Positions 20,166 through 30,251 of a DNA stretch of 64,000 bases are shown here, one piece after another. The stretch spans positions 256,001-320,000 of the forward strand of contig CAVQUB010000021.1 of assembly GCA_963716725.1 (NCBI GenBank), written 5' to 3'. The notes beneath the pieces were generated by a model that saw only the letters and a list, made by a program, of their open reading frames with translations, was not told where the DNA came from and did no database searches. Both the position numbers and the translations under genes were made by a program. Numbering within the stretch: position 1 is the stretch's first letter; the number at the start of each line of letters is the position of its first letter. This DNA is from an uncultured delta proteobacterium. GTDB taxonomy: Bacteria; Myxococcota_A; Polyangia; Polyangiales; Polyangiaceae.

Positions 20166-21509
20166 CTAGTCGCTCGCGCCCGGGCGCGCGGCAACGCTGC
20201 GTCTGGGCGCGGCCGGCTCGCGCGGCGGATCAGCGAGCTCGTCGGCGAGATCGAAGGCCACGAAGCGCCCCGAGAGGTGCGGCGCTTCGCTGACCCACAG
20301 CGTGCGGCGACCACAGTCGAAGACGACGCCATGGGTGGCGATGTCCGCGTCGATGGCGCGCCGATCGCCCGCTGGCAGCGAGGCGCCACCTGCTGCCTTG
20401 CGATCGCGCAGGAGGCGTACCGCGTCCTCGACGGTCACGGGGCGGGTCAGGGTCGAGACGAGCTCGCGCCCTCGGGCCTCGCGCTCGAGCGTGGTGGTCT
20501 CGCGGCGCACCCGCTGGTTCTTCGGATCGCCCGCGAGGGGCCCCTCGAAGTGATTGGTGACCGCGGCCCGCGTGGGCAGCGCGCGGGCGTGGGGCGGCGA
20601 GCCCGGAACGCGCTCGATGGCAGAGGCGTGTCCGCCGGCGTCCGCGGCGATGACGATGTGGCTGACCATGGGCTCGCGCAGGGCAAATGCCTTCACCGCT
20701 TCGTCCACCGTGCGGGCGGTGGACAGCACGCGCCGGAGCGCGTGAACGACGGGCTCGCCCTGCGCTCGCGGTTCACCCGCGCGTCCGCCGTGCACCACCA
20801 GCGCCAGACCCTCGCGATTCATGCCGCTGACGACACCCGGCAGACCCGGCCAGGCCACCGAGGCGAAGGGGATCTGCCCCGCTTCGTTCACGAAGAAGAC
20901 CGCTTTCTGCTCGTCGAACACGTCGTGCACGTCGAAGTCGAAGGCGCGGGCCAGCAGGGTGTGTCCGTCCTCCGCGGCTTCTCGCGCGAAGGTGAAGCTG
21001 GTGCAGCCGATGAGCGGAGAGCTCTCGAATGAGAGCGCGATGTCGTAGAGCGCGTTCAAGTAGACGAAACGCTGATAGGTGGGGAAGAACCCGGTGTAGG
21101 GATCGGGGGCGAATCCGAGGGCAGCGGCGGCGAGCTCCCGGCGTCGCGCTGGATCGATCTCGCGGTCGAGATCACGATAGCGGAGCTGCGCCAGATCCAA
21201 GACCAGCCAGCGCAGTGGCGCCGGGCGCACGGAATGCTCGAACTGCCCGAGCAGGACGCGCTCGTTGTGCATCATGTCCTGTCGCAGCAGGCGCGCGTGG
21301 GAAAACCCGATCTCTTCCGGGCTTCCAGCGAGATGCACGACGCGCAGGCTGCCTTCCCGTGAGAGTCGTGAGCGGCCAAGCATGCCTTCGCTCACGCTGA
21401 CCGCGGGCGGCTCGAGGCGCGCTCGAAGTCCAATGCCAACGTGGCTCGCGCCGAGGCCGACGGCCAGACCGAGAACCGCGACCAAGACGGCGCGCCGACG
21501 ACGCGTCAC
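20166..21509 (-). CDS. C45-family autoproteolytic acyltransferase/hydrolase (Ntn hydrolase)
   Basis: GCTSF autocleavage site, LARAFDF, SGMNREGL, TNHF; N-terminal TM; stop codon coincides with the IS target CTAG. Confidence 0.85.
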   Translation of the reverse strand: MTRRRRAVLVAVLGLAVGLGASHVGIGLRARLEPPAVSVSEGMLGRSRLSREGSLRVVHLAGSPEEIGFSHARLLRQDMMHNERVLLGQFEHSVRPAPLRWLVLDLAQLRYRDLDREIDPARRRELAAAALGFAPDPYTGFFPTYQRFVYLNALYDIALSFESSPLIGCTSFTFAREAAEDGHTLLARAFDFDVHDVFDEQKAVFFVNEAGQIPFASVAWPGLPGVVSGMNREGLALVVHGGRAGEPRAQGEPVVHALRRVLSTARTVDEAVKAFALREPMVSHIVIAADAGGHASAIERVPGSPPHARALPTRAAVTNHFEGPLAGDPKNQRVRRETTTLEREARGRELVSTLTRPVTVEDAVRLLRDRKAAGGASLPAGDRRAIDADIATHGVVFDCGRRTLWVSEAPHLSGRFVAFDLADELADPPREPAAPRRSVAARPGASD

Positions 21510-22201
21510 GCGCCCCCACGACCCAACAGCAGGGTAGACACGACCCTGGCGACGATGCGCGCCGGATCGCGCACCGAGTTGAAGTGGGTGCGTCGGTCCG
21601 AGGGGTAGATCACGCGGATCGGGACCTGCTCGATGAAGACTCCCGCGCGGGCCGCGAGCAGCACGATCTCCGCCTCGAAGGCGTAGCCGGTCGAGCGGGC
21701 GCCCAGCGCCAGCGTGCGCTGGAGGGGATAGCGCCGGAGCCCACACTGAGTGTCCAGCAGTCGGCGGCCAGTGAACCCCGACAAGAAGAAATTCGAGATA
21801 GCGTTCGACCGTTGGTTTGCGCGGGGCGCACCGGCGCCGACGAGATCTCGGATCCCGAGCAGCAACGACTCGACGGGAGCCGGATGGATCGCGAGCTTGA
21901 TGGCCTCGCCGGCAGGGTGTTGTCCGTCGGCGTCCACGCTGACGACGGCCTCGGCGCCGAAGGCCCGGGCGCGCTCGAAGCCAGTTCGAAGCGCCGCGCC
22001 CTTGCCTTGGTTCTTCGGGTGACGCACCACGTAGGCGCCCGCGTCCCGGGCCACGGATCCGGTTCGATCGCCGGAGCCGTCGTCAACCACGATCACCGCG
22101 GGCATGCCTTCGACCTTCGGCCACGACGCGCGAAGGGCGTGAACGACCTCACCCACCGACCGCTCGGCGAAGTATGCGGGAACGAGCGCGACCACGCGCA
22201 T
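21506..22201 (-). CDS. glycosyltransferase family 2 (DPM1-like)
   Basis: VVDDGSGD, NQGKGAAL, DADGQH, DTQCGLR; GTGA overlap with the C45 gene. Confidence 0.92.
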   Translation of the reverse strand: MRVVALVPAYFAERSVGEVVHALRASWPKVEGMPAVIVVDDGSGDRTGSVARDAGAYVVRHPKNQGKGAALRTGFERARAFGAEAVVSVDADGQHPAGEAIKLAIHPAPVESLLLGIRDLVGAGAPRANQRSNAISNFFLSGFTGRRLLDTQCGLRRYPLQRTLALGARSTGYAFEAEIVLLAARAGVFIEQVPIRVIYPSDRRTHFNSVRDPARIVARVVSTLLLGRGGA

Positions 22202-22259
22202 GGGGACGAATCTGCCACGAGACGGGCCCGAGCCGAAGCGGCCGTGGTATCCAGTGCCC

Positions 22260-22898
22260 ATGGCGGAGCTCGAAAAAGGCGAATTGGAGGCGCTCTTGGC
22301 CCAAGCCAAGCGCCAGATCCGGGCCCGGATGAAGGCCCTGCGGAGCGCACTTCCTCCCTCGGCCATCTCCGCGCGAAGCGCGCGCATCATCGACTCACTC
22401 GACCGGCTGCCCGAGTTCCAGCGCGCCCAGAGCGTCGCGTTGTTCTGGCCCATGGTCAGCAAGAACGAGATCGATCTCAGGGCGCTCGACACGGCGCTGC
22501 GTTCCCGGGACAAACGCGTCTTTTACCCCTTCATGTCCCCCACCGAGCAAGGGTTCCACACCGGGTTTCGCCGGCTCGATCGCACGACTGATCTCGAGGC
22601 ACGAGGCCGCGGATTCATGGAGCCACCGCAAGGCGCAACCGAGGCCGCCCGGGGCGACGTGGACCTGGTGATCGTCCCGGCCCTCGCGGCCTCTGCCGAC
22701 GGCTACCGCATCGGCTACGGGATCGGCTTCTACGACGTGACCTTGCCGGACGTGTGCCCGCCCGCGGTCTCGGTGATCGTCGCGCTTTCGTTCCAGCTGC
22801 TCGCGGAGCTGCCCCACGACCAACACGACTTCGCTTGCGACTGGGTGGTCACCGACGAACGCTTCATCGATGCGCGCTCCGCGCGCGCCCCGGCTTGA
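22260..22898 (+). CDS. ygfA: 5-formyltetrahydrofolate cyclo-ligase
   Basis: KRQIRARM, NEIDL, DLVIVPALA, GYRIGYGIGFYD, HDFACDWVVT. Confidence 0.9.
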   Translation: MAELEKGELEALLAQAKRQIRARMKALRSALPPSAISARSARIIDSLDRLPEFQRAQSVALFWPMVSKNEIDLRALDTALRSRDKRVFYPFMSPTEQGFHTGFRRLDRTTDLEARGRGFMEPPQGATEAARGDVDLVIVPALAASADGYRIGYGIGFYDVTLPDVCPPAVSVIVALSFQLLAELPHDQHDFACDWVVTDERFIDARSARAPA

Positions 22899-23382
22899 CC
22901 TGGCTCTTCTTGGCGCACTCCGCACACGCGCCGTAGAGTTCGTGTTTGTGGTCACGGACCACGAACCCGTAGCGTGCCGCGATGGCATCTTGCAGCTCTT
23001 CGATGGCGGGCTCCTCGAACTCGGTGATCTTGCCGCAGTCGAGACAGATCAGGTGATCGTGGTGCGCATGTTCGTCAGCCAACTCGTAGCGCGTGAAGCC
23101 ATCGCCAAACTTGCGCTCGTGCACCAAGCCGCCTTCGGACAACAGCTTCATGGTTCGGTACACGGTGGCGTACCCCACGCGTGGATCCACGGCGCGAACG
23201 CTCTCGAGCAACTGGTCGATGGTCACGTGCTCGGTCACCTCGAAGAGTTGTTCGATGATCACGCGGCGCTGCTCGGTGCTGCGCAAGCCGCGCCTATCCA
23301 TGAACGCCGTCAGCTCCCCGCGGAGCCGCTCTCGATCGGGCGGGCGAGGTGCGCTTCGAGGCTGGTGATCGCCGCGCTTCAC
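22864..23382 (-). CDS. fur: Fur-family transcriptional regulator
   Basis: GLRSTEQR, ATVYRTM, HHDHLICLDCG, LYGACAEC. Start GTG 23382 or ATG 23301. Confidence 0.9.
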   Translation of the reverse strand: MKRGDHQPRSAPRPPDRERLRGELTAFMDRRGLRSTEQRRVIIEQLFEVTEHVTIDQLLESVRAVDPRVGYATVYRTMKLLSEGGLVHERKFGDGFTRYELADEHAHHDHLICLDCGKITEFEEPAIEELQDAIAARYGFVVRDHKHELYGACAECAKKSQVKPGRARSAHR

Positions 23383-23423
23383 CCACACTACATCGCGCCC
23401 GCAGCCCGAGGGGTCAAGCCATC

Positions 23424-25719
23424 TCAGCCTTCTCGGGAGCGCAGGCGGAAGAGTGCGGCGACGGTGCCCATCACCGCGGAGAGCGGCGCGACCGCGGGCG
23501 GCAGGAGCGCGAAGGCGACACCCAGGCTGGCCCCGAGCCCGGGGACGACAGTCAGCAGCAATCCCAAGCGAGCCTCTTGCTTCGCTCGGTGGGCGAGCCG
23601 AATGGCAAAGGCCGCGTCGCGAACGTCGTCGCTGGCGAGTTGAACGCCCCATTCCGCGGTGCTCGAGCCCGCGGAGCTCAACGCGGCGGAGACGTCCGCA
23701 GCCGCCAGGGCGACGTCATCGCCGGGGCTTCGACCCACGACCGCGACCGTAGCGCCGCCTGCCGCGAGCCTACGCACTTCGTCACCGCGATCGCCGGGCA
23801 GGACTTCGGGGCGGATGTGCTCGATGTCGAGCGCCCGGCCGATGGCCTCACAGGTCTCGCGTGCATCACCCGACAGGAGCACCGGCTCGACGCCCACGTC
23901 GAGCAGGTGTTGAACGGCCGCGCGAGCACCGGGACGCAAGCCATCCTGCAATCCCATGACGCCGACCAAGTGGCCCCCGAGAGCGACCAAGAGCACGGTG
24001 CGCCCCATGGCCTCCAGCTCGAGGATCTTCGGCTCGGCGGCGGCGACGCTGATGCGCTCCTTCAACATCAGCGCGCGGCTGCCGACGACCAGGGGCTGAC
24101 CGCTCGATGCCACTGCTGTCACGCCCAGACCCGCCTGCACGTTCGGGCTGCGCACGCCGTCGGGGCGAACGCCGCGGACCCGCGCGGCGCGCAGCACCGC
24201 CGTCGCCATGGGGTGTGTTTCGCCCGCTTCCGCGCCGGCGGTCAACGCGAGCACGCGCTCAGGCTCCGTCTCGCCAACGGGCTCGATATTGGTCACCTCA
24301 GGCTCGCCGAGCAGCAGCGTGCCCCGCGCGCAGAAGGCAGCGACCGCGACGCGTCCCGCCTTGTCCAGGGCTTCTGCCGATCGGAACACGATCCCGCGAC
24401 GCAGCGCGACCAACACCGCTTCGAGCACGTGGAGCGCGCCGATTTGGGCGACACCGGCGTTGGCGAGCGCAGTCTGCGCCGCGACCGCGAACATGGCGAT
24501 CACGAGCGGGGGCTGATCCTCCGCGTAGCCCGCCAGCGCCGCCAGGCCCGCCGCGGTGGGCGCGGCCCGCTCGGCGGTGAGCCGCCCCACGCGCGCTGCC
24601 GCAGCGAGACGGTCGGCGCGTCGCCTGAGATCGTTCGTGACGCGCATCCACGCGCGGTCGAGACCAGTCCAGGCCGCAACGGCCCGCACGCGGCCTTCGA
24701 TCACGGTGGCTCCCGCGACAACGTGGTCGCCTTCGCCCCGAATCGCGCTGGACCTCGCGCCGAGCCAAGGCGCGACGCGAGCCGAGCCGGCGGTGATGGT
24801 GGCGTCGACCGGAATGACCTCGCCCGGTTCGACGACGATCTCTTCACCCGGCCTGAGATCCTGCGCGCGCACCGTCGCTGTTTCGTCTCCGATCACCCTC
24901 CGACCCGAGCCCGACAGCGCTTCGGCGATGGCCTCGCGCTCCAGATCGAGAGGGCGTCGCGCTCGCCGTGTAAGCCAAATGCTCGCGGCCACCGCGGCGA
25001 GCACGACGCCTGCGAGGGTGACGGCAGCGCTGGCTTCCTTTGCGCCAGAGATGTGCCCGATGAACGCCAACGCGAGGGCGGCGATTGGGCCTGCAAGCAA
25101 CACGGCCGGATGGAGTTCGGTCGGATCACGTCGCGCCGTGACGGCTTCGGCGACGAGGGCAGCCGCGGCGACGCAAACAACCACCAGACGGGCGGTGAGG
25201 GCACCCGGCGAGCCGCCGGCCAAGCTGAGCGCGACCGACAGCATGCCGCCCGCGATGGTCAGGCCAAGCAAGAGCACGCCCACGTCAGCCCGCTCCGGCG
25301 ATCCGGACGAGGACAGGCTCGGCACCGACACCTCATCCGACGCCACCAGCTCCGGGTCGCCGAGCGCGTCGAGGTGGCTCGCGTCGTGGCCCGGTCCGAT
25401 CTGCGCGGCCGTCACGTCCGCGAGTGCTGCCACCTGCCGCCGCTGGTCGAGGGACTCGACGGCCTCGGCACGGGTCGCGACCACGTCGGCAGCGGGCGTC
25501 GCCGCCCTCCGCCGCTTGGGCATTGGTAGCGGAGTCTCGCGGGCCACCGGGTCGTAGTGCTCCCGGCATTCTGCGCTGCAAAAGTAGCGAAACTTGTCAT
25601 TGAAGATGGCCACCCGGGCCGCCCGCAGCGGATCGACGGCGCTGCCGCAGCCCGCGCAGCGAACCGGGCGGGCGCGCGGTCCCGTCCCAGGTTCGATCGG
25701 TGCCGGTGATTCCAGCGTC

Positions 25720-25727
<8 letters not shown>
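23424..25727 (-). CDS. P1B-type ATPase homolog with N-terminal YHS/TRASH domain; catalytic motifs degenerate (pseudo-ATPase)
   Basis: Domain order and flanking sequences match P1B ATPases (PGEVIPVD, HP, GLG, DGLRPG, SGD), but DKTGT reads CARGT, TGE and CPC are absent, and GDGxND reads GRSPGD. Confidence 0.8.
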
Positions 25728-26651
<924 letters not shown>

Positions 26652-26655
<4 letters not shown>

Positions 26656-27863
26656 GACAGCCCTTTCAGGACACGATCAACGACCTCGAGCGCCTCGGCG
26701 ATCTCCGCCTTCTGAACCACCAGGGCCGGCGAGAATCGCAGGCCGGCGGCGCCGGCGAGGCTGAAGAGCACCCCTGCCTCGCGGAGCCGCTCCAGCACGC
26801 CGCGCGCGTCGACTCCGTCGCGCAACACCAAGGCCTGCAAGAGCCCGGATCCGCGCGAGGTCGCGACCACGCCTTCGTGGCGTTTGGCCAGATCGGAGAG
26901 CCCCTGCGTGAGTTCGGCCCCACGAGCGACGACGTTGGCGACGATCTGTTCCTCGTCGATGACGTCGAGCACCTCGAGCGCGGCCGCGGAGGCCAAGGGA
27001 TTGCCTCCAAAAGTCGAACCGTGACTTCCGGGTGGCAGCACGCCCTCGAGCGCTGACTTGCACAGCATCGCTCCGATCGGCACCCCCCCAGCCAGTCCCT
27101 TGGCGAGCACCAGCGCGTCAGGCTCCACACCCTCGTGCTGCACCGCGAGGAACTTCCCCGTGCGCCCCACGCCGGTCTGGATCTCGTCGGCCAAAAGCAG
27201 CGCCCCGTTTTCGTCAGCGATTCGCCGGAGCTCGCGGACGAATCCAGGCGGCGCCGGCAGCACGCCGCCTTCTCCCTGAATGGGCTCGAACAAGATCCCA
27301 GCGACGTCGGGACCCATGGCCGCGCGCACTGCCCCCACGTCACCGAAGGGAACGTGCGTGACGCCGGGCAACGGACCGAACCCTTCGCGGTACTTCTTCT
27401 GACCCGTCGCCGCCAACGCGCCGAGCGTCCGCCCGTGAAACGAGTTTTCGAAGGCAACGATGCGGTACCGGTCCGGCTGGCCCTGGTCGAAGTAGTGCCT
27501 CCGCGTCAGCTTCAGCATGCCCTCCATGGCCTCGGCTCCGGAGTTACAGAAGAAAGCGCGTGCCATGCCGGTGAGCTGACACAGGCGCTGCGCCAGTCGG
27601 ATGTTGGGCTCGTTGTAGAAGTAGTTGGAGAGGTGGATCACCTCGCCCGCCTGCCTCGCGATCGCGGCGACGAGCCGCGGGTGCGCGTGCCCCAAGGTAC
27701 TGACCGCGATGCCGCCGTGCATGTCGAGGTAGCGCTTACCGCTCTTGTCCCAGAGTTCGCAGCCCTTGCCGCGCGCGATCACCAAGGGCGGTTGGCGGTA
27801 GTTGGGGTAGAGGAACTGCGCCCCGAGGGCGACGAGGTCGGATTCAGCGGCTGGGCTGGACAT
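26652..27863 (-). CDS. argD: acetylornithine aminotransferase
   Basis: NSGAEA, FHGRT, EPIQGEGG, DEIQTG, AKGLAGG, HGSTFGGNP; overlaps argF by 4 nt. Confidence 0.93.
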
Positions 27864-28063
27864 GGCGAGCACCGACTACCGCAGTCGCGCGCGGCAGGCC
27901 AATGGCACCGGTTTTTGTCGCGCGCCAATGAAACGAGCGCGCAGGACGGCGCGGCCCGGCGCGCGACGCCCACTGCCCGGCGCGGGCCGCGCGAGTAGCG
28001 CGCATGCGCTCGCGGAAACGAGCGAGCGTCCCGCCCGCCCCGCTGCGCGATCCTGCAACGCCG

Positions 28064-28225
28064 AACCCGCTCCGGCGTGGCGTTTGGCGCCCACAGCGAC
28101 ATCAACCACGTCTGAGCGCCTTCCGGCGTGGCCTTTGGCGCCCACAGCGACATCGACCACGTCGCAACCCGCTCCGGCAGTGCACCCCGTGACGCGGCCA
28201 TGCCAGAGCGCGCTCCGGCGTGGCG
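28064..28225. repeat. intergenic direct repeat, 51-bp period
   Basis: TCCGGCGTGGC(G/C)TTTGGCGCCCACAGCGACATC(A/G)ACCACGTC at 28071-28112 and 28122-28163; partial cores GCTCCGGC at ~28171 and GCTCCGGCGTGGC at ~28212. Confidence 0.85.
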
Positions 28226-28337
28226 GTGCCGGGAAGCGGGCGCGTTCCGGGCCGCCGCTCCGCTGATTCTCTTGACGCATCGACAGCCGTCCGGTCGCGC
28301 GCCTATAGTTCCTCCCGGAACCGGTCGAGGAGTTCAC

Positions 28338-28697
28338 ATGACGATCCGCCTTGCTCAATGGAGCTGCCTGTTCGGACTGTTTGCGATGGCCTGCGGAGGC
28401 GCCGCAGCGCCGAACGAACGCGTGACCTCGGCGACGGCCGCCGTGCGCGCGGCCGAGGTCGCCGGGGCGCCGGGCGTTCCGGACGCGAGCCTCTTGCTCA
28501 AGCGCGCGCGCGAGGGGCTCGACCAAGCCAAGGCGCTGATGGGCAACGGCAAGAACGAAGAAGCGGACCGCGTGCTCCAGCGCGCCGAGGCAGACGCCGA
28601 ATTGGCGCTTCACCTGGCCCGCGAGGCGGTGGCGAAGGCCGAGGCGCAGGCCGCCGTCGATCAGGTCAAGGCCTTCAAGAAGAAAGCAAGCGAGTGA
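28338..28697 (+). CDS. DUF4398-family lipoprotein
   Basis: Lipobox AMAC; AVRAAEVAGA...RAEADAELA; GAGGAG RBS; upstream of an OmpA-domain gene. Confidence 0.8.
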   Translation: MTIRLAQWSCLFGLFAMACGGAAAPNERVTSATAAVRAAEVAGAPGVPDASLLLKRAREGLDQAKALMGNGKNEEADRVLQRAEADAELALHLAREAVAKAEAQAAVDQVKAFKKKASE

Positions 28698-28719
28698 CCC
28701 GCCGCGAGGAGGACCGCAC

Positions 28720-29679
28720 ATGACTCGAACGAACAAGACTCTCGCCACCCTCGCTCTGGCTCTGTCGCTCGCCCCGTTGGCCTGCGGCACCACGCTCGCG
28801 CCGAAGGAGCTGCTCGACGCCCGCGACGCCTACGCCCGCGCCGCAAAGGGCCCCGCAGCGAAATTGACCCCGGCCCAGCTCGACACCGCGAAGCAATCCC
28901 TCGACCAAGCCGAGTCGTCGTTCCGAGACGACGGTGACCAGGAGAACACCAGGACGCTCTCCCACGTGGCGATGCGCAAGGCGCAGATCGCGGCCGCTCA
29001 AGCCGAGGTCGCGGCTGCCGCACTGCGCCGCGATCAGGCCGCGAGCGACCTGCAGGCCGCTCAAATCGCCGACGGCGACAAGGCCAAAAAGAGCCTCGCG
29101 AAGACCAAGGCCGAGCTCCAGGATCAGAAACGGAAGGCCGAAGCCGACCGCAAGCTGGCGGAGATCGATCGCAAGCAGAGCCAGGCCGAGATCGCTCGCA
29201 AGGAGCAAGAGGTCCACAAGACCCAGAAGCAGCTCGAAGAAGAGCAGAAGAAGCGGCTCGAGACCGAGAAGAAGCTCTCCTTGGCGATGGCAAGCTTGAC
29301 CGAGATCGCCAAGGTCAAAGAAGAGAAGCGCGGCGTCGTGATCACGATCTCGGGCGAAGTGCTGTTCGCCTCGGGCAAGCACACGCTCTTGCCGATCGCG
29401 CAGTCCAAACTCGAGGACGTGGCCAAGGCCCTCAAAGACCAGGGTTACAAGGCCATTTTGGTCGAGGGGCACACGGATTCGCGCGGCAGCGCCAAGAAGA
29501 ACGAGGAGCTGTCGTTCCAGCGCGCGGACTCGGTTCGATCGTATCTCGTCTCGCGCGGCATAGCGGCCGACAAGATCAAGGCGACGGGCATCGGCCCTTC
29601 GCGCCCTGTCGCGACCAACGACACCGCCGAGGGCCGAGCCAACAACCGCCGGGTCGAGCTGGTCGTGACGCCCGAATGA
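28720..29679 (+). CDS. OmpA-family peptidoglycan-binding lipoprotein (DUF4398 + coiled coil + OmpA_C)
   Basis: Lipobox PLAC; VEGHTDSRG, LSFQRADSV, NRRVE. Confidence 0.92.
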   Translation: MTRTNKTLATLALALSLAPLACGTTLAPKELLDARDAYARAAKGPAAKLTPAQLDTAKQSLDQAESSFRDDGDQENTRTLSHVAMRKAQIAAAQAEVAAAALRRDQAASDLQAAQIADGDKAKKSLAKTKAELQDQKRKAEADRKLAEIDRKQSQAEIARKEQEVHKTQKQLEEEQKKRLETEKKLSLAMASLTEIAKVKEEKRGVVITISGEVLFASGKHTLLPIAQSKLEDVAKALKDQGYKAILVEGHTDSRGSAKKNEELSFQRADSVRSYLVSRGIAADKIKATGIGPSRPVATNDTAEGRANNRRVELVVTPE

Positions 29680-29692
29680 CGGGGTCGCTGGA

Positions 29693-29926
29693 CTAAAGCG
29701 AGAGCGTGATCCCCATCTCCTGCAGCACGAAGTAATCGAAGGCCCCCGCGACCATCAGACAGACCAGCGGGAGCACGAGGACCAGCGCGACGTCGGTCGG
29801 CGCGAAACGCTTCTTCGGGGGCAGCCCGAGTCGCGCATTAGAAACCCACGCTGGTGGGCGATCTGGGCCGCGCAGGTCGGTGTGCTCGTCGTCGCTTGCG
29901 TCTTCTTCTGGCTGGCGGTCATCCAT
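29693..29926 (-). CDS. small membrane protein, hypothetical
   Basis: 77 aa, acidic N-terminus and one C-terminal TM. Confidence 0.45.
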   Translation of the reverse strand: MDDRQPEEDASDDEHTDLRGPDRPPAWVSNARLGLPPKKRFAPTDVALVLVLPLVCLMVAGAFDYFVLQEMGITLSL

Positions 29927-29973
29927 CCGCTGCTCGAGGGACTCGAGCGGGTGTTTTCCTGAGTCGGGGCCAG

Positions 29974-30201
29974 TCAGCGCATCGGGGTTGCGTCAGCGGC
30001 GCCCGCGTCGCGCTTGCGCGCCACCCGATTGCCGTACCTCGGCGGAGGAGCCGTGTGGATCCCGGCGTCCGCTTCGGGTCGCACTTCCGTGAGGGGGCGC
30101 TCGGTGGGCTCGGGAAGGGCCCGGGGCTCTTGCGCCGGCGCGCCGCAAGACGCCGCGCCCAGCGCCACGCCCACACCCGCTCCCAAGAGCAACCGCGCCA
30201 T
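29974..30201 (-). CDS. small lipoprotein, hypothetical
   Basis: MARLLLGAGVGVALGAASC lipobox; APPPRYGNRV motif. Confidence 0.5.
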   Translation of the reverse strand: MARLLLGAGVGVALGAASCGAPAQEPRALPEPTERPLTEVRPEADAGIHTAPPPRYGNRVARKRDAGAADATPMR

Positions 30202-30251
30202 CGGGACGATCTGACACGCTCTCATCGGTCGCTCCGCACTCCGGAAGGAGC

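Larger units (their letters stand above)
18920..20166 (-). mobile_element. IS630-family insertion sequence derivative (probably non-autonomous) carrying a GxxExxY gene
   Basis: Left end TA|GTGCCGCGCGGCCGAAGTT versus reverse complement of right end TA|GTGCCGCGCGGCAGAAGTT (1 mismatch). TA duplicated at 18918-19 and 20167-68 within a C-TA-G target. Confidence 0.88.

Noticed and set aside
22202..22259. 6S RNA (ssrS) upstream of ygfA
   Set aside because: Only 58 bp separate ygfA from the divergent GT2 start, too short for 6S RNA.
23349..25529. Long antisense ORFs (also 53509..55857, 57119..58837, 17111..18760 and others)
   Set aside because: Shadow ORFs expected from high-GC codon bias opposite real genes; no recognisable motifs.
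27903..27920. sigma-54 promoter TGGCAC...TTG
   Set aside because: The -24/-12 spacing and the GC dinucleotide do not match.
28064..28225. CRISPR array
   Set aside because: Only two full repeats, the spacer is 9 bp, and no cas genes are present.
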